Positions 44,108 through 53,225 of a stretch of DNA of 64,000 bases are shown here, one piece after another. The notes under the pieces were generated by a model. That model was not told the DNA's origin and searched no databases. It was given only the letters and a program-made list of their open reading frames with translations. The stretch comes from an uncultured Sphingomonas sp. GTDB taxonomy: Bacteria; Pseudomonadota; Alphaproteobacteria; Sphingomonadales; Sphingomonadaceae. The position numbers were made by a program, and so were the translations under genes. Location: the NCBI GenBank assembly GCA_964448315.1, contig CAYUWJ010000044.1:15636-79635 (forward strand), written 5' to 3'. Positions within the stretch are counted from its first letter, which is position 1; each line of letters begins with the position of its first letter.

Positions 44108-44543
44108 TTTCGAGCGGAAGCTGGCGGAACTTGGTGGCATGACGCCCGCCCAGCTTCGGGCCGAGTGGAGAGACTGCTGGCGTAAACCGGCACCGGAGAT
44201 TGGTCCCGACCTGCTGCGTCGAGGAATCGCATGGAAGAGACAGTCCCGCATTCACGGAGACCTCCCGCCCCATGTCCGGCGGGAGATCGAGGCTGTTCTC
44301 ACTCGCGTGAGTGCCGGCAAGTCTCCCATTAACGACGAGCGTATCTCACTTAGGCCCGGAACCAGGCTGGTGCGCGAATGGCGCGGTACGATGCACCAGG
44401 TGGTAGTGCTTGAACGCGGGTACGAGCATGAGGCCCGGCACTACAGCAGTCTCACTCAGGTCGCTTCGGCCATAACGGGTGCCCACTGGTCGGGACCGCG
44501 CTTCTTCGATCTCAAAACGCGGAGGGCGCCGCGGAAGCCATGA
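44100..44543 (+). CDS. DUF2924-like protein
   Basis: GTG at 44100 overlaps the previous stop. LRAEWRDCWRKPAPEIGPDLLRRGIAWKRQ ... RPGTRLVREWRGTMHQVVVLERGYEHEARHYSSLTQVASAITGAHWSGPRFFDLK. Confidence 0.7.
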   Translation: MSSFERKLAELGGMTPAQLRAEWRDCWRKPAPEIGPDLLRRGIAWKRQSRIHGDLPPHVRREIEAVLTRVSAGKSPINDERISLRPGTRLVREWRGTMHQVVVLERGYEHEARHYSSLTQVASAITGAHWSGPRFFDLKTRRAPRKP

Positions 44544-46114
44544 CGCCGAAGCGCTGCGCCATTTACACACGCAAGTCGACCGAAGAAGGGCTGGAGCAGG
44601 CGTTCAACAGCCTCGACGCACAGCGCGAAGCCTGTGCGGCCTACATCCTCAGCCAGGCTCATGAGGGCTGGGAACAGATCCACGAGCACTATGACGATGG
44701 CGGCTGGTCCGGCGGCAACATGGACCGGCCGGGGCTAAAACAGCTGCTTGCGGATGTGGCCGCCGGCAAGGTCGATGTGATCGTCGTCTACAAGGTGGAC
44801 AGGCTGACCCGCACCCTGGCTGACTTCGCCCGCATCGTGGACACTCTCGATAAAGCCGGCGCCTCGTTCGTGAGCGTAACCCAGGCGTTCAATACGACGA
44901 ACAGCATGGGCAGGCTGACGCTGAACGTGCTGCTTTCCTTCGCGCAGTTCGAGCGGGAGGTCACAAGCGAACGCATCCGGGACAAGGTCGCTGCCTCGAA
45001 GAAGAAGGGCATATGGATGGGCGGCCCGGTGCCGCTCGGATACAGGCTGGGCGACCGCAAGCTGCTCATGGACGACGATGAGGCGGAGATCGTCCGCTCA
45101 ATCTTCCGGCGGTACACAGAGCTGCGATCAGTGACCAAGCTCGTCGAAGAGCTCGCGCAACAGAACGTCAGGACCAAGGTTCGGCAGTACAGCAACGGTC
45201 GCACCGCCGGCGGTGTGCACTTCCAGCGTGGCTCATTGTCTCAGCTGCTGCAGAATCCGATCTACATCGGGAAGGTGAGCTATCGTGGCGAGCTGTACGA
45301 GGGAGAACATGAAGCCATAATCGGTCCAGATGACTGGGCCGAGGTCCAGCGCATCCTCGCTGCAAATCGCCATGACCGAAAGCTTGGCAAGCAGACGCGA
45401 TACCCAAGTCTGCTGACCGGAATGATCAGCGATCCTGACGGACGGCCGATGACACCCGCGTCCACGCATAAGGGCAGCCGACGGCATCGCTATTATGTCA
45501 CGAGGTTGAAGGCAGGTGAGGACAACGAACTTGCCTGGCGAGTGCCGGCAGGCGAGCTCGACAGAGCAGTGATGTCTGCAGTTTGCGACTGGCTGAGGTC
45601 GCATGAACGTCCCTGCGAACCTGGGCAGCTCATGTCTGACCGCGAGCTTGCCAACGAACTCCCCGACTTCTCAGTCCCTGGGCAGCGCAAGGTCCTGATC
45701 GAACTTGCAATGAAGGTGCAACTCGGAAAGACGGAGCTGTACATCCGGATCGGTGACGAGGCTCATCGTGTGATCAGCTTGCCCGTCCGGATGGTCCGTC
45801 GTGGAACTGAGCTGAAAGTGGTTCTGGAGAGCGGCGACCCTCAGCGAGCTCCGGACCCCGTGCTTCTCAAACTGGTCGCATTGGCGATCAGCGCGCGAAA
45901 GTCGCTCTTCTCCAGCAAAGCCGATCAGCTGACCTCCCACTACAGCAAGCGGCACCTTTGGCAGCTTCTCCGGATCAGCTTCCTGGCTCCGGATATCGTT
46001 ACCGCCATCGTTGAAGGGCGTCAGCCGCCCTCACTGACAGGTCGCCGGCTGCTGCGGGTCACTGACCTGCCGCTCGACTGGGCCGGGCAGCGGCGCGTTC
46101 TTGGGTTCAGCTAG
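44540..46114 (+). CDS. large serine recombinase
   Basis: RCAIYTRKSTEEGLEQAFNSLDAQ, VIVVYKVDRLTRT, then a recombinase domain. The start overlaps the DUF2924 stop (ATGA). The C-terminal tail is homologous to that of the recombinase at 9206-10969. Confidence 0.9.
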   Translation: MTPKRCAIYTRKSTEEGLEQAFNSLDAQREACAAYILSQAHEGWEQIHEHYDDGGWSGGNMDRPGLKQLLADVAAGKVDVIVVYKVDRLTRTLADFARIVDTLDKAGASFVSVTQAFNTTNSMGRLTLNVLLSFAQFEREVTSERIRDKVAASKKKGIWMGGPVPLGYRLGDRKLLMDDDEAEIVRSIFRRYTELRSVTKLVEELAQQNVRTKVRQYSNGRTAGGVHFQRGSLSQLLQNPIYIGKVSYRGELYEGEHEAIIGPDDWAEVQRILAANRHDRKLGKQTRYPSLLTGMISDPDGRPMTPASTHKGSRRHRYYVTRLKAGEDNELAWRVPAGELDRAVMSAVCDWLRSHERPCEPGQLMSDRELANELPDFSVPGQRKVLIELAMKVQLGKTELYIRIGDEAHRVISLPVRMVRRGTELKVVLESGDPQRAPDPVLLKLVALAISARKSLFSSKADQLTSHYSKRHLWQLLRISFLAPDIVTAIVEGRQPPSLTGRRLLRVTDLPLDWAGQRRVLGFS

Positions 46115-46532
46115 GATCAGAACGGCATCTGCATCTGGTGGCTGCAAAAGCGGCCAGCAGAGAAAGGCGCCCGTTGCCCGGCTATTCGCCGCGCCAGAAT
46201 GGTCTCTGTAGGCATGAAGCGCGAGCCGCAGCTTCGTATGTCACGGAAATTGCGGGCTGAATTGGGCCGACCGACGGCTCTGACGGTGCCAGTCTCGGGT
46301 CTACGGGAAAGGGTGGTGCCCACTCAAACAGACGAACAACTGACCCCGATTTGTTGCTTGGCAACAAGTGCCGGAAATCGCCCGCTAATTTGCACGCCTC
46401 GGCGCCAGAGACCAGACGACGGAGGTTCTGTTTGGCGCCACAGGCGAAGATCAGCATCCACAATCAGTCAGCGTAGCGGGGGAATCTTTGAGCTCAGACG
46501 CGGCTGAGCCCCCTCAACGTCTGGTTGCACAG

Positions 46533-47339
46533 CTAGAGACACGTGCCGCACTCGCCTTTGTCCGCATATTCGAGGGTTGCGACTTTTGCTCGCGCCTGCT
46601 CGACGCTCGCGAAAGGACCGTGCCACTCGCCGTTCTTGTCGCCACTTGTGCCTTGGCTGCCGCGTCCGCCATTGCAGAAGGAACACTCTGCCCGGTGCAA
46701 GCGGGCGCGCTTGTTGGTCCAGTTCTCATAGACGTAGAATTCACCCGCGCCCGCACTGGCGCCTTGCGGCGCTGCAGCGATAATGGCGACCTCCTCAGCC
46801 TCCTTCCGCTCCTTTTTCTGCTGTGCGACCAGCCCGCGCGCGAAGAGGTCGATAGTTCTCAATATATCGTCGCTAAGATACCCTCGACCCAGGCGGGACT
46901 TCTCGGCAATCTGCTGCATCATGTCAGGCAGTGCCCAGACCTCTACCCCCGCGGCCGCTGCAGCTTCGACGACACCATCCTTCCAATCCCAAGTGACAAT
47001 GGCCCGCCTCAGCCTCCCCGGTGCGCACCCGAAGCAGGCAAGCCTCTCCTCAACCGCCTTCGGCTCGAACTTCTCGACGAGAAAAAAGCCCAACTTCCTT
47101 CGTGCACTCGCTGCCTTCACCCGCTGCTTGTGTTCGCCGGGCATGAAGGGCTCATTCGTAAGCGCACTGAAGCCGGACGAAATGGAAACGCTCGTTTCGA
47201 TGTGCCAGCGCTCGTCAGTGACCGGATCGATCGCAAAGAGGTCGATTTCCTTCTGCGCGTTGCAGCGCAGGTTCGGTATTGTCGCCCATCCTTTGACGTA
47301 GCGGACGTACGCTTCGACTATTCGCTCTGTAGTTTCCAT
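46533..47339 (-). CDS. hypothetical protein: PD-(D/E)xK-like N-terminus and a Cys-rich C-terminal module
   Basis: The N-terminal KEIDLFAIDPVTDERWHIETSVS resembles the YraN/NucS-type D...E core. The C-terminal FYVYENWTNKRARLHRAECSFCNGGRGSQG...GEWHGPF...CGTC has four Cys. The overlapping plus-strand ORF looks non-protein-like. Confidence 0.5.
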   Translation of the reverse strand: METTERIVEAYVRYVKGWATIPNLRCNAQKEIDLFAIDPVTDERWHIETSVSISSGFSALTNEPFMPGEHKQRVKAASARRKLGFFLVEKFEPKAVEERLACFGCAPGRLRRAIVTWDWKDGVVEAAAAAGVEVWALPDMMQQIAEKSRLGRGYLSDDILRTIDLFARGLVAQQKKERKEAEEVAIIAAAPQGASAGAGEFYVYENWTNKRARLHRAECSFCNGGRGSQGTSGDKNGEWHGPFASVEQARAKVATLEYADKGECGTCL

Positions 47340-47416
47340 ATGACCTCTGCCGCGACAATCCGGAGGGATCTACGATGAACACACATCCAAGTCGCGCAAG
47401 ACCTTCGCAAACGGCT

Positions 47417-47480
47417 GCGCCCGCTTTCCACCCAACCTGAATGACGCGCTAGTGTCCGTTTTCGACCCATTCCGGACATT
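47417..47480. repeat. REP-like bipartite repeat, copy 1
   Basis: gcgcccgctttccacccaacctgaatgacgcgctagtgtccgttttcgacccattccggacatt. It recurs with only a few mismatches at 51604-51667 in the same orientation. Confidence 0.85.
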
Positions 47481-47775
47481 GGAGCTGCGGCGGCTAAGCG
47501 CCCATCACAGTCGTTCCGAACCATTTGCCGGTGGCCCGAAAGCGGACATCGGTTTGCTGAAGTTCGAATGGCGAGAATGCCGGACAATTTGGACTGTCCG
47601 CTTTCAGAGCAGAGAACGAAACAAAGCGGACCGAGATTCGGCATACCATTCCCCGAAACGTGAGGCGCTTATCGTCGATGCGGTTTAGAGGTGTGCGCCA
47701 GCTTTGAGAGCCAGGCGGCGGTGGTGGATCGTCAGGGTTCTTGCTAACGCTCGGTTACGGCGCATCATCTATTGT

Positions 47776-48591
47776 ATGCAGTCCGGTTCGGAAGATCAGG
47801 ATATCGGTCCGTCCAGTTCCAAGGTTGAGCTGATCGAAGCGCAGCTTCGCGTTGGTGCGTATTCGCCGCATCGCCACGATACCTATACCGTCGCGGTGAC
47901 CACTATAGGGGTGCAGTCGTTCAATTATCGCGGCGATCGGTGGCGGTCGCTGCCGGGGCAGGCGATGATCTTGCATCCGGACGAAGTGCACGACGGTTAC
48001 TGTTGCGACCAAACCGGTTTTTCGTATCGGGCAGCCTATTTGCCGCCTGTCCATGTCCAGACCGTGATCGGCGGAGCCGCGCTGCCATTTCTGAGCGAAG
48101 TCGTTTCGGCCGACGCCGATCTGGTCGGTTCGGCGCTTCGCCTGATTGAAATTTGTTCTGCCGAGCATGAGCCGTTCGGCTACGAGGACGCACTCCACCA
48201 GCTCGTGTCCGCTATGCAGCGCTGCGATGGCGGCGCGCCGACCAAGCGAACTGTCAATCACGAGGCTGTCATGCGGGTCCGCGAATTCCTCGACACCGTT
48301 CCAGAACCCGGCACGAGCCTGGAGCAGCTGGAAAGGATCGCAGGTTATAACCGATGGCAACTTTCACGGGACTTTCGCTCGCTGATAGGGACAAGTCCCT
48401 ATCGCTATCTGCAATGCCGCAGGCTTGAGCGCACCAGAGAGCTGCTGCGCAGCGGGCGTGGCTTGGCCGCCGCTGCCCATGAGGCCGGATTTGCGGATCA
48501 GAGCCACTTTGGCCGAACCTTTAAGGGGGCTTTTGGGATCACCCCATTGGCCTGGCACCGAGCCGAGCAGCATCGCACAATCATTCTATAA
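47776..48591 (+). CDS. AraC-family transcriptional regulator
   Basis: The C-terminal LSRDFRSLIGTSPYRYLQCRRLERTRELL...GFADQSHFGRTFKGAFGITPLAW is a classic AraC HTH pair. ATG at 47776. Confidence 0.85.
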   Translation: MQSGSEDQDIGPSSSKVELIEAQLRVGAYSPHRHDTYTVAVTTIGVQSFNYRGDRWRSLPGQAMILHPDEVHDGYCCDQTGFSYRAAYLPPVHVQTVIGGAALPFLSEVVSADADLVGSALRLIEICSAEHEPFGYEDALHQLVSAMQRCDGGAPTKRTVNHEAVMRVREFLDTVPEPGTSLEQLERIAGYNRWQLSRDFRSLIGTSPYRYLQCRRLERTRELLRSGRGLAAAAHEAGFADQSHFGRTFKGAFGITPLAWHRAEQHRTIIL

Positions 48592-48621
48592 CCCGGCCCG
48601 GCTCAGGGCCACATTACCAGA

Positions 48622-49536
48622 ATGGCACAAGCGATCTTTTCATCCGAGCCGCATCGCGGCTGGCTGCCGTGGTTTTGGCTTTCGCCTATCGTCTGCATCT
48701 TGCTGGTCGGTTTCTCCAGCGTCCCTCTCGATTATGGCCTTGAATGGTTGGGCTTTGTCGATGCCAAGGGACAGCCACTGTCCACGTTCGGATTTTGCCT
48801 GTTCCTGGTGGTACCGTTCGTGGCGATGGGAGCCGCCGTCTGGGCCTGGTCCCGGTTCGTCGAGCACCGCAGCCTGGCTTCTCTGGGTCTGACTGGCGCG
48901 TATCGGCTGCGCAGATATTTGGCAGGACTGGCGATAGGGGTTGGAATGATGGCCTTGGCGGTCATTTCGATCTGGCTCGCCGGGGGCTATGTCAGCAAAG
49001 ATATCCTTCCCGCCTTTTCCTCGCCGGCATCGTTATTCTGGATAGCAATCCTGCTGGCCTGCTTCGTTGTTCAAGCGGGCATGGAGGAGTTCATTTTCCG
49101 CGGCTGGTTGCTCTCGACGGCGACGCGCCGCTGGAATCTGACGGCGGGGTTCATCGCGAGTTCGCTCGCCTTCACATTTCTTCACTTCTCGCCGCACCAG
49201 CCGGTTCGCGAAATGGTCATGGCGTTCACGTTCGGCCTGTTCGCTTGCGCCTGGGCCTGGCGTGCAGGCAGCATCTGGGGTGTCATGGGCTGGCATGCAG
49301 GCTGGAACTGGTTGACAGGCGTCGGCTTTGCCGTGCCGATCACCGGGCTCGATCTGCAACTGCCGGCCTTGCTTGTGCAACTGACGCCGTCGGGCCCGGA
49401 CTTTCTGACCGGTGGCCACGCTGGACCGGAAAGCAGTATCCTGACGATCGGCATGCTGACTTTGGCCACGCTGCTCCTGTTGTTGTTGCCCAGGCAATTG
49501 GCTGAAGAGTCTCGGATGCCACCCGAAGGAGAGTGA
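48622..49536 (+). CDS. CPBP (CAAX) family intramembrane glutamic endopeptidase
   Basis: Multi-TM protein with motifs GMEEFIFRGWL, FTFLHF and WHAGWNW. Confidence 0.85.
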   Translation: MAQAIFSSEPHRGWLPWFWLSPIVCILLVGFSSVPLDYGLEWLGFVDAKGQPLSTFGFCLFLVVPFVAMGAAVWAWSRFVEHRSLASLGLTGAYRLRRYLAGLAIGVGMMALAVISIWLAGGYVSKDILPAFSSPASLFWIAILLACFVVQAGMEEFIFRGWLLSTATRRWNLTAGFIASSLAFTFLHFSPHQPVREMVMAFTFGLFACAWAWRAGSIWGVMGWHAGWNWLTGVGFAVPITGLDLQLPALLVQLTPSGPDFLTGGHAGPESSILTIGMLTLATLLLLLLPRQLAEESRMPPEGE

Positions 49537-49733
49537 CGGCAGGTCCAGTCTGGGCTAATTGCCGCGACTTTCCAGGACAGGCATCCTTCCAGACCATGGT
49601 GTGGGTCAATTGAATATGCATTGACCGACGGCAGCTTCCTCCCCAGCGCCGCCGCCTACCAAATGCCCACCGACTGGACCATCCAGCCCCGAAAGCCCGT
49701 GGATTTAGGCCTTCTCACTTAGCCATCGCTAGA

Positions 49734-49760
49734 GTCCGCTTTCCACCCATTACGGACACT
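49734..49760. repeat. REP-like repeat unit
   Basis: gtccgctttccacccattacggacact. Same consensus GTCCGCTTTCCACCCATT-N-GACAT as the other copies. Confidence 0.7.
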
Positions 49761-49914
49761 AGGGCTGGCCTGATCAGCCGACGCTCCCGTCTGAAATAGC
49801 CAGTGGTGACGATTTCGAAGGGCCAGCTTCGGTGGTCTCACTTCCGGCTCTGGGTCAGCGGCGGCTTCGACTTTAGTCACGAGATGTTCGGCGGCGGCCA
49901 TGCGCTGCCGAACG

Positions 49915-51396
49915 TCAAACGCCGAAGCTTGGAGCTACTCGCCGGATTTGCGCGATGACTGCTGATCGATCATTGTCAGCGACGCATTCAACCCCCCGCC
50001 TGAAGCAATAATCAGCACGGGAAGCATCTCCGGAAGCATTCACAAGCGATCCAAGATTGATCCAGGCAGCCACTTTGTCTGGCGCGAGGGCAGTTGCTTT
50101 CTCCAAGTATGCGATCGCTTTGGAGGAGTGGCCAAGTTCCGTGAGCGGGCCAGCCAAGTTGATCATCGCACCAGTATTTGCGGGGTCACGGTCCAAAGCT
50201 TTTTCGAGTAGCTCTACAGCGTGGCGGTGGTACCCAGCGCGATGGAAAATGATGCCCATGTTGGTCCAGGGAGCCGAGCGACTACCGTCAAGGTCTATTG
50301 CACGCTGAGTGGCGAGGCCTGCGTCACGCAAGTTGCCGCGCTCCAAGTAAAGTCTGCCAAGCTGCGTCCAGCCTGAAGCGAAACTGGGCCATCTTTCCGT
50401 CAGCTTCTTTGCCGCTGCGAATGCCCTGTCACTTTGGTCCATTGCAGATAGAGATGCTTCCGCCAGCAACTCCTCGCGCTCTTGATTCAGCGGCGGCGGC
50501 GGCTCCGCGAGGGCAACTCCTGCTGCCGCTGAAGCCATCTGTACTGCAGTGCGAAGAACAGCAGGTGAGGGGAAGCGAACCGAGGGATCACGCATGGTCA
50601 TCGGCCCGACAACGAACCCCAGGGGGTGCCCGAGGGGGAGGTTGGCAGCTATTGCTGCGGTGAGGCACTCTCTCCTTAGATCAGGCAATGAAGTGGCGCG
50701 CCACGGCAATCGTCCAACACAGAGCTCGTGCAAAACAATTCCGAACGAATACACGTCAGTGCGGAAGTCCTGTGGCTCGCCGAGCCACTGTTCAGGAGCC
50801 ATGTAAGCCGGAGTGCCGGAGACTATCGCTGCATCGGCGCCATTTTCACCTTGTGCAGCAGAGATTCCAAAATCAGTGAGCTGCAAATCCCCTTCGGCCG
50901 TCGTCAGGAGATTCTCCGGCTTGACGTCCCTGTGAGCCCGAAGTCCCTTTCCGCTGGCATACTGCATCGCGTCGCAAAACTGCGCAGCCCACCGCAGGAT
51001 TTGGTTGAGCGTCGGGCGGCTCACGCGGAGATGATCTCGTAAACTAGTACGCCCCACCGAGTCGGGACTGATGTACTCCGCCGCTACGCAGGGCATGCCT
51101 GCCACGTAATCAGCCCAGAATGCAGGAACAATGTAAGGGTGCCGCCCTAAGCCTACCCACGTGCGTGCTTCCTCTATGAACTCGCGGGCGTTCGCCTCTG
51201 GCTTGCAGGTTTTCAAGATGAAGGGGGCGTCGCCGCCCTCGGAGACAACGAAAACCCGGCCGAGACCTCCCTCGAACACGTTGTGCACCAGATACTTGCC
51301 CGCGATCGTGTCGCCGACGTTGTACTCTGTGAAGACGTGCTGTGGCGGCCTCGCTAATGGCTGTTTTGAACGACCCCTAAAAAATCGCGACAGAAT
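49915..51396 (-). CDS. Hanks-type Ser/Thr protein kinase with C-terminal TPR repeats
   Basis: FEGGLGRVF (G-loop), FILKTCK, HRDVKPENLL, LTDFGIS and GTPAYMAPEQ. The C-terminal third has TPR-like repeats. The start was placed at ATT 51396 (or CTG 51393), just after a perfect AAGGAGG. The ORF-track ATG at 51666 lies inside a REP-like repeat. Confidence 0.8.
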   Translation of the reverse strand: MLSRFFRGRSKQPLARPPQHVFTEYNVGDTIAGKYLVHNVFEGGLGRVFVVSEGGDAPFILKTCKPEANAREFIEEARTWVGLGRHPYIVPAFWADYVAGMPCVAAEYISPDSVGRTSLRDHLRVSRPTLNQILRWAAQFCDAMQYASGKGLRAHRDVKPENLLTTAEGDLQLTDFGISAAQGENGADAAIVSGTPAYMAPEQWLGEPQDFRTDVYSFGIVLHELCVGRLPWRATSLPDLRRECLTAAIAANLPLGHPLGFVVGPMTMRDPSVRFPSPAVLRTAVQMASAAAGVALAEPPPPLNQEREELLAEASLSAMDQSDRAFAAAKKLTERWPSFASGWTQLGRLYLERGNLRDAGLATQRAIDLDGSRSAPWTNMGIIFHRAGYHRHAVELLEKALDRDPANTGAMINLAGPLTELGHSSKAIAYLEKATALAPDKVAAWINLGSLVNASGDASRADYCFRRGVECVADNDRSAVIAQIRRVAPSFGV

Positions 51397-51401
51397 TTGA
51401 G

Positions 51402-51408
51402 CCTCCTT
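51402..51408 (-). promoter_or_regulatory. Shine-Dalgarno AAGGAGG for the kinase gene
   Basis: The reverse complement of cctcctt at 51402-51408 is AAGGAGG. It lies 5 nt upstream of ATT and 8 nt upstream of CTG, both in the kinase frame. Confidence 0.5.
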
Positions 51409-51603
51409 CGTTGAAGAACTCGATAGAAGCAGATCTCTGCACGAAGGATGGTGCGACGGACTCGCTGAAGCAAGCACGTAGTAGCTGTGGTGAGGATCGA
51501 TTAGCCGCTGAGAGCGCAGTAAACGCTTGCCCGTCCAATGCCGAGCTCTGGATATCACCTGTATTACCCCAGGCTCTAGCCGGGCGCCTAGGATTGGCCG
51601 AAA

Positions 51604-51667
51604 GCGCCCGCTTTCCACGCAACCTGGATGACGCGCTAGTGTCCGTTTTCGACCCATTGCAGTCACT
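51604..51667. repeat. REP-like bipartite repeat, copy 2
   Basis: gcgcccgctttccacgcaacctggatgacgcgctagtgtccgttttcgacccattgcagtcact. Near-identical to 47417-47480. Confidence 0.85.
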
Positions 51668-51834
51668 AGGTTTGGCCTGTCGTTTCACAACGACAGTTCC
51701 CCTTGCCGCTATTTAGGTCTAATCTAGTAATTGCTCGGGCAAGTCACAGGGGCGCGATCTATGAGCGAATCTCTAACATCTCAAATCTTTGCTGACGCAT
51801 CACACTTTGCGAACTCGCAAGGGATGACAGTCAG

Positions 51835-52467
51835 GTGCACATCATGATGGAAGACGAGCCGCTGACGAAACTTCGCGCTCCCGCTGCGCTGAGATCCGAA
51901 GTAACGGCGATGCTTCGGACGCCTTTGGTCTCAACCATGGGCCAGTACGATGTTTTGCTGCAGTCAATAATTCCCGACATCGTTCGATACCAGACAATCG
52001 ATGAAGAGCTTTCGCGGGCAGGACTCGAACATACTGCAGCCGAATTTCAGGACGCTGACGGTAGTCCGCTTCCCATGCTGCTCGTGCCCGACGAGGCCGA
52101 CATCACTCGCTCCCGGGACGATTTGATTAAGATATTGGACCGGTCGAACATTCCGATCGAGTGTGTCACGGCCGAGCAAGGACAATCGATTTTCGCTGAT
52201 CGTTTGGCGGAGTTCCTGGCTGTCAGAGGTAACCTTCCTGAGCAGTTCGATAATACGACGAAGGTCACCACGAACCGGGCCGGCGATACCGTCCTTTATC
52301 GCAAAGGCTTTTTCTTCAGCACTGCCGCTGCTTTTGGCGTTTCCAATCCTGCAGTGAATTCGATCCCCGGCGGGAGGTATACTTTCGGCATCATGGACAG
52401 TGGGGGAGAAAGGTTCGACGGTGTGGTTTGGGATTGCCCCGGATCGGTTAGACTAGAATTGCCGTGA
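51835..52467 (+). CDS. hypothetical protein
   Basis: 210-aa ORF (GTG at 51835, alternative ATG at 51844). Lower GC than the flanks. The stop overlaps the next start (GTGA). Confidence 0.45.
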   Translation: MHIMMEDEPLTKLRAPAALRSEVTAMLRTPLVSTMGQYDVLLQSIIPDIVRYQTIDEELSRAGLEHTAAEFQDADGSPLPMLLVPDEADITRSRDDLIKILDRSNIPIECVTAEQGQSIFADRLAEFLAVRGNLPEQFDNTTKVTTNRAGDTVLYRKGFFFSTAAAFGVSNPAVNSIPGGRYTFGIMDSGGERFDGVVWDCPGSVRLELP

Positions 52468-53027
52468 CTGACTACGGGGAATTCGCGAATCTCGTTGCAA
52501 CAGTCACGTCCCTTGTTGCCGCGGGCGCGGCAATTACACTCGCATTCACCAAGCGCTCAAAGTGGCAGCCCCCGGAGGAGGCTGTTTCGGCGGCCGTTTC
52601 GCGCATTGCGGCCTTGATGACAGCAATTGGCATCGCCTTCCTCTATGTTTTTGCTTCTAAGATGCAGTCAGGTGCACTGGCTATCGTCAGCGCTTGCCTG
52701 TTTGCCGCCACACTACTCGCCGTCTTGGTCGCCATCTCTGTGAACATCAGGCGTTCTTTCTACTATCCGGCCATACGGGTTGAAGAAAACCGCGTGTTAG
52801 GAGGTAGTAAGCTCACTCCTGAGGCCGCGAAGATCCATTCCGAGCGCGGGTTTACGGAGCAACGGCTGTTCGAGGACGCGCAAGGTGACAAGGACTTGGT
52901 TTGGACGCGTCCGTCGCAGGTGAGCGTCAATCTCCAGAGTACCTTATCGTTCATAATTTTGATCGGAGCCGGCGGATGCGCCCTTGCCTCGGCTGGAGCG
53001 CTGGTCGCGACGTCGATCAAACCTTAA
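52464..53027 (+). CDS. hypothetical membrane protein
   Basis: 187 aa with four hydrophobic helices. Coupled to the upstream ORF. Confidence 0.45.
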   Translation: MTDYGEFANLVATVTSLVAAGAAITLAFTKRSKWQPPEEAVSAAVSRIAALMTAIGIAFLYVFASKMQSGALAIVSACLFAATLLAVLVAISVNIRRSFYYPAIRVEENRVLGGSKLTPEAAKIHSERGFTEQRLFEDAQGDKDLVWTRPSQVSVNLQSTLSFIILIGAGGCALASAGALVATSIKP

Positions 53028-53111
53028 GCGCAGCTATTCGCCGCGCCGGATATCACCAGCGCTACGATTTCAATTCGCGTGAACTGCCGATCCCCGCCCC
53101 AATGTGCAAAC

Positions 53112-53172
53112 GTCCGCTTTCACCCATTCACGACATTAGCCGCTCAGGTCTGCTTCCAACCCCAAGCGGATC
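53112..53172. repeat. REP-like bipartite repeat
   Basis: gtccgctttcacccattcacgacatt ... ggtctgcttccaaccccaagcggat. Same bipartite layout as 56085-56150. Confidence 0.7.
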
Positions 53173-53225
53173 TTCGCGTTAATGGCGCCTTCTGCGACTT
53201 TCAGTGGAGATAATGCGGTTCCAGA

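Larger units (their letters stand above)
9206..46114. mobile_element. accessory block bracketed by two outward-facing paralogous large serine recombinase genes
   Basis: The recombinase genes at 9206-10969 (minus) and 44540-46114 (plus) share catalytic and C-terminal tail motifs. Everything between them is accessory or defence-like. True element ends were not determined. Confidence 0.4.

Noticed and set aside
46488-47378. Plus-strand 296-aa ORF overlapping the minus-strand gene at 46533-47339.
   Set aside because: The minus-strand product has balanced composition and recognisable motifs. The plus-strand product is Leu/Arg/Ala/Pro-rich and motif-free.
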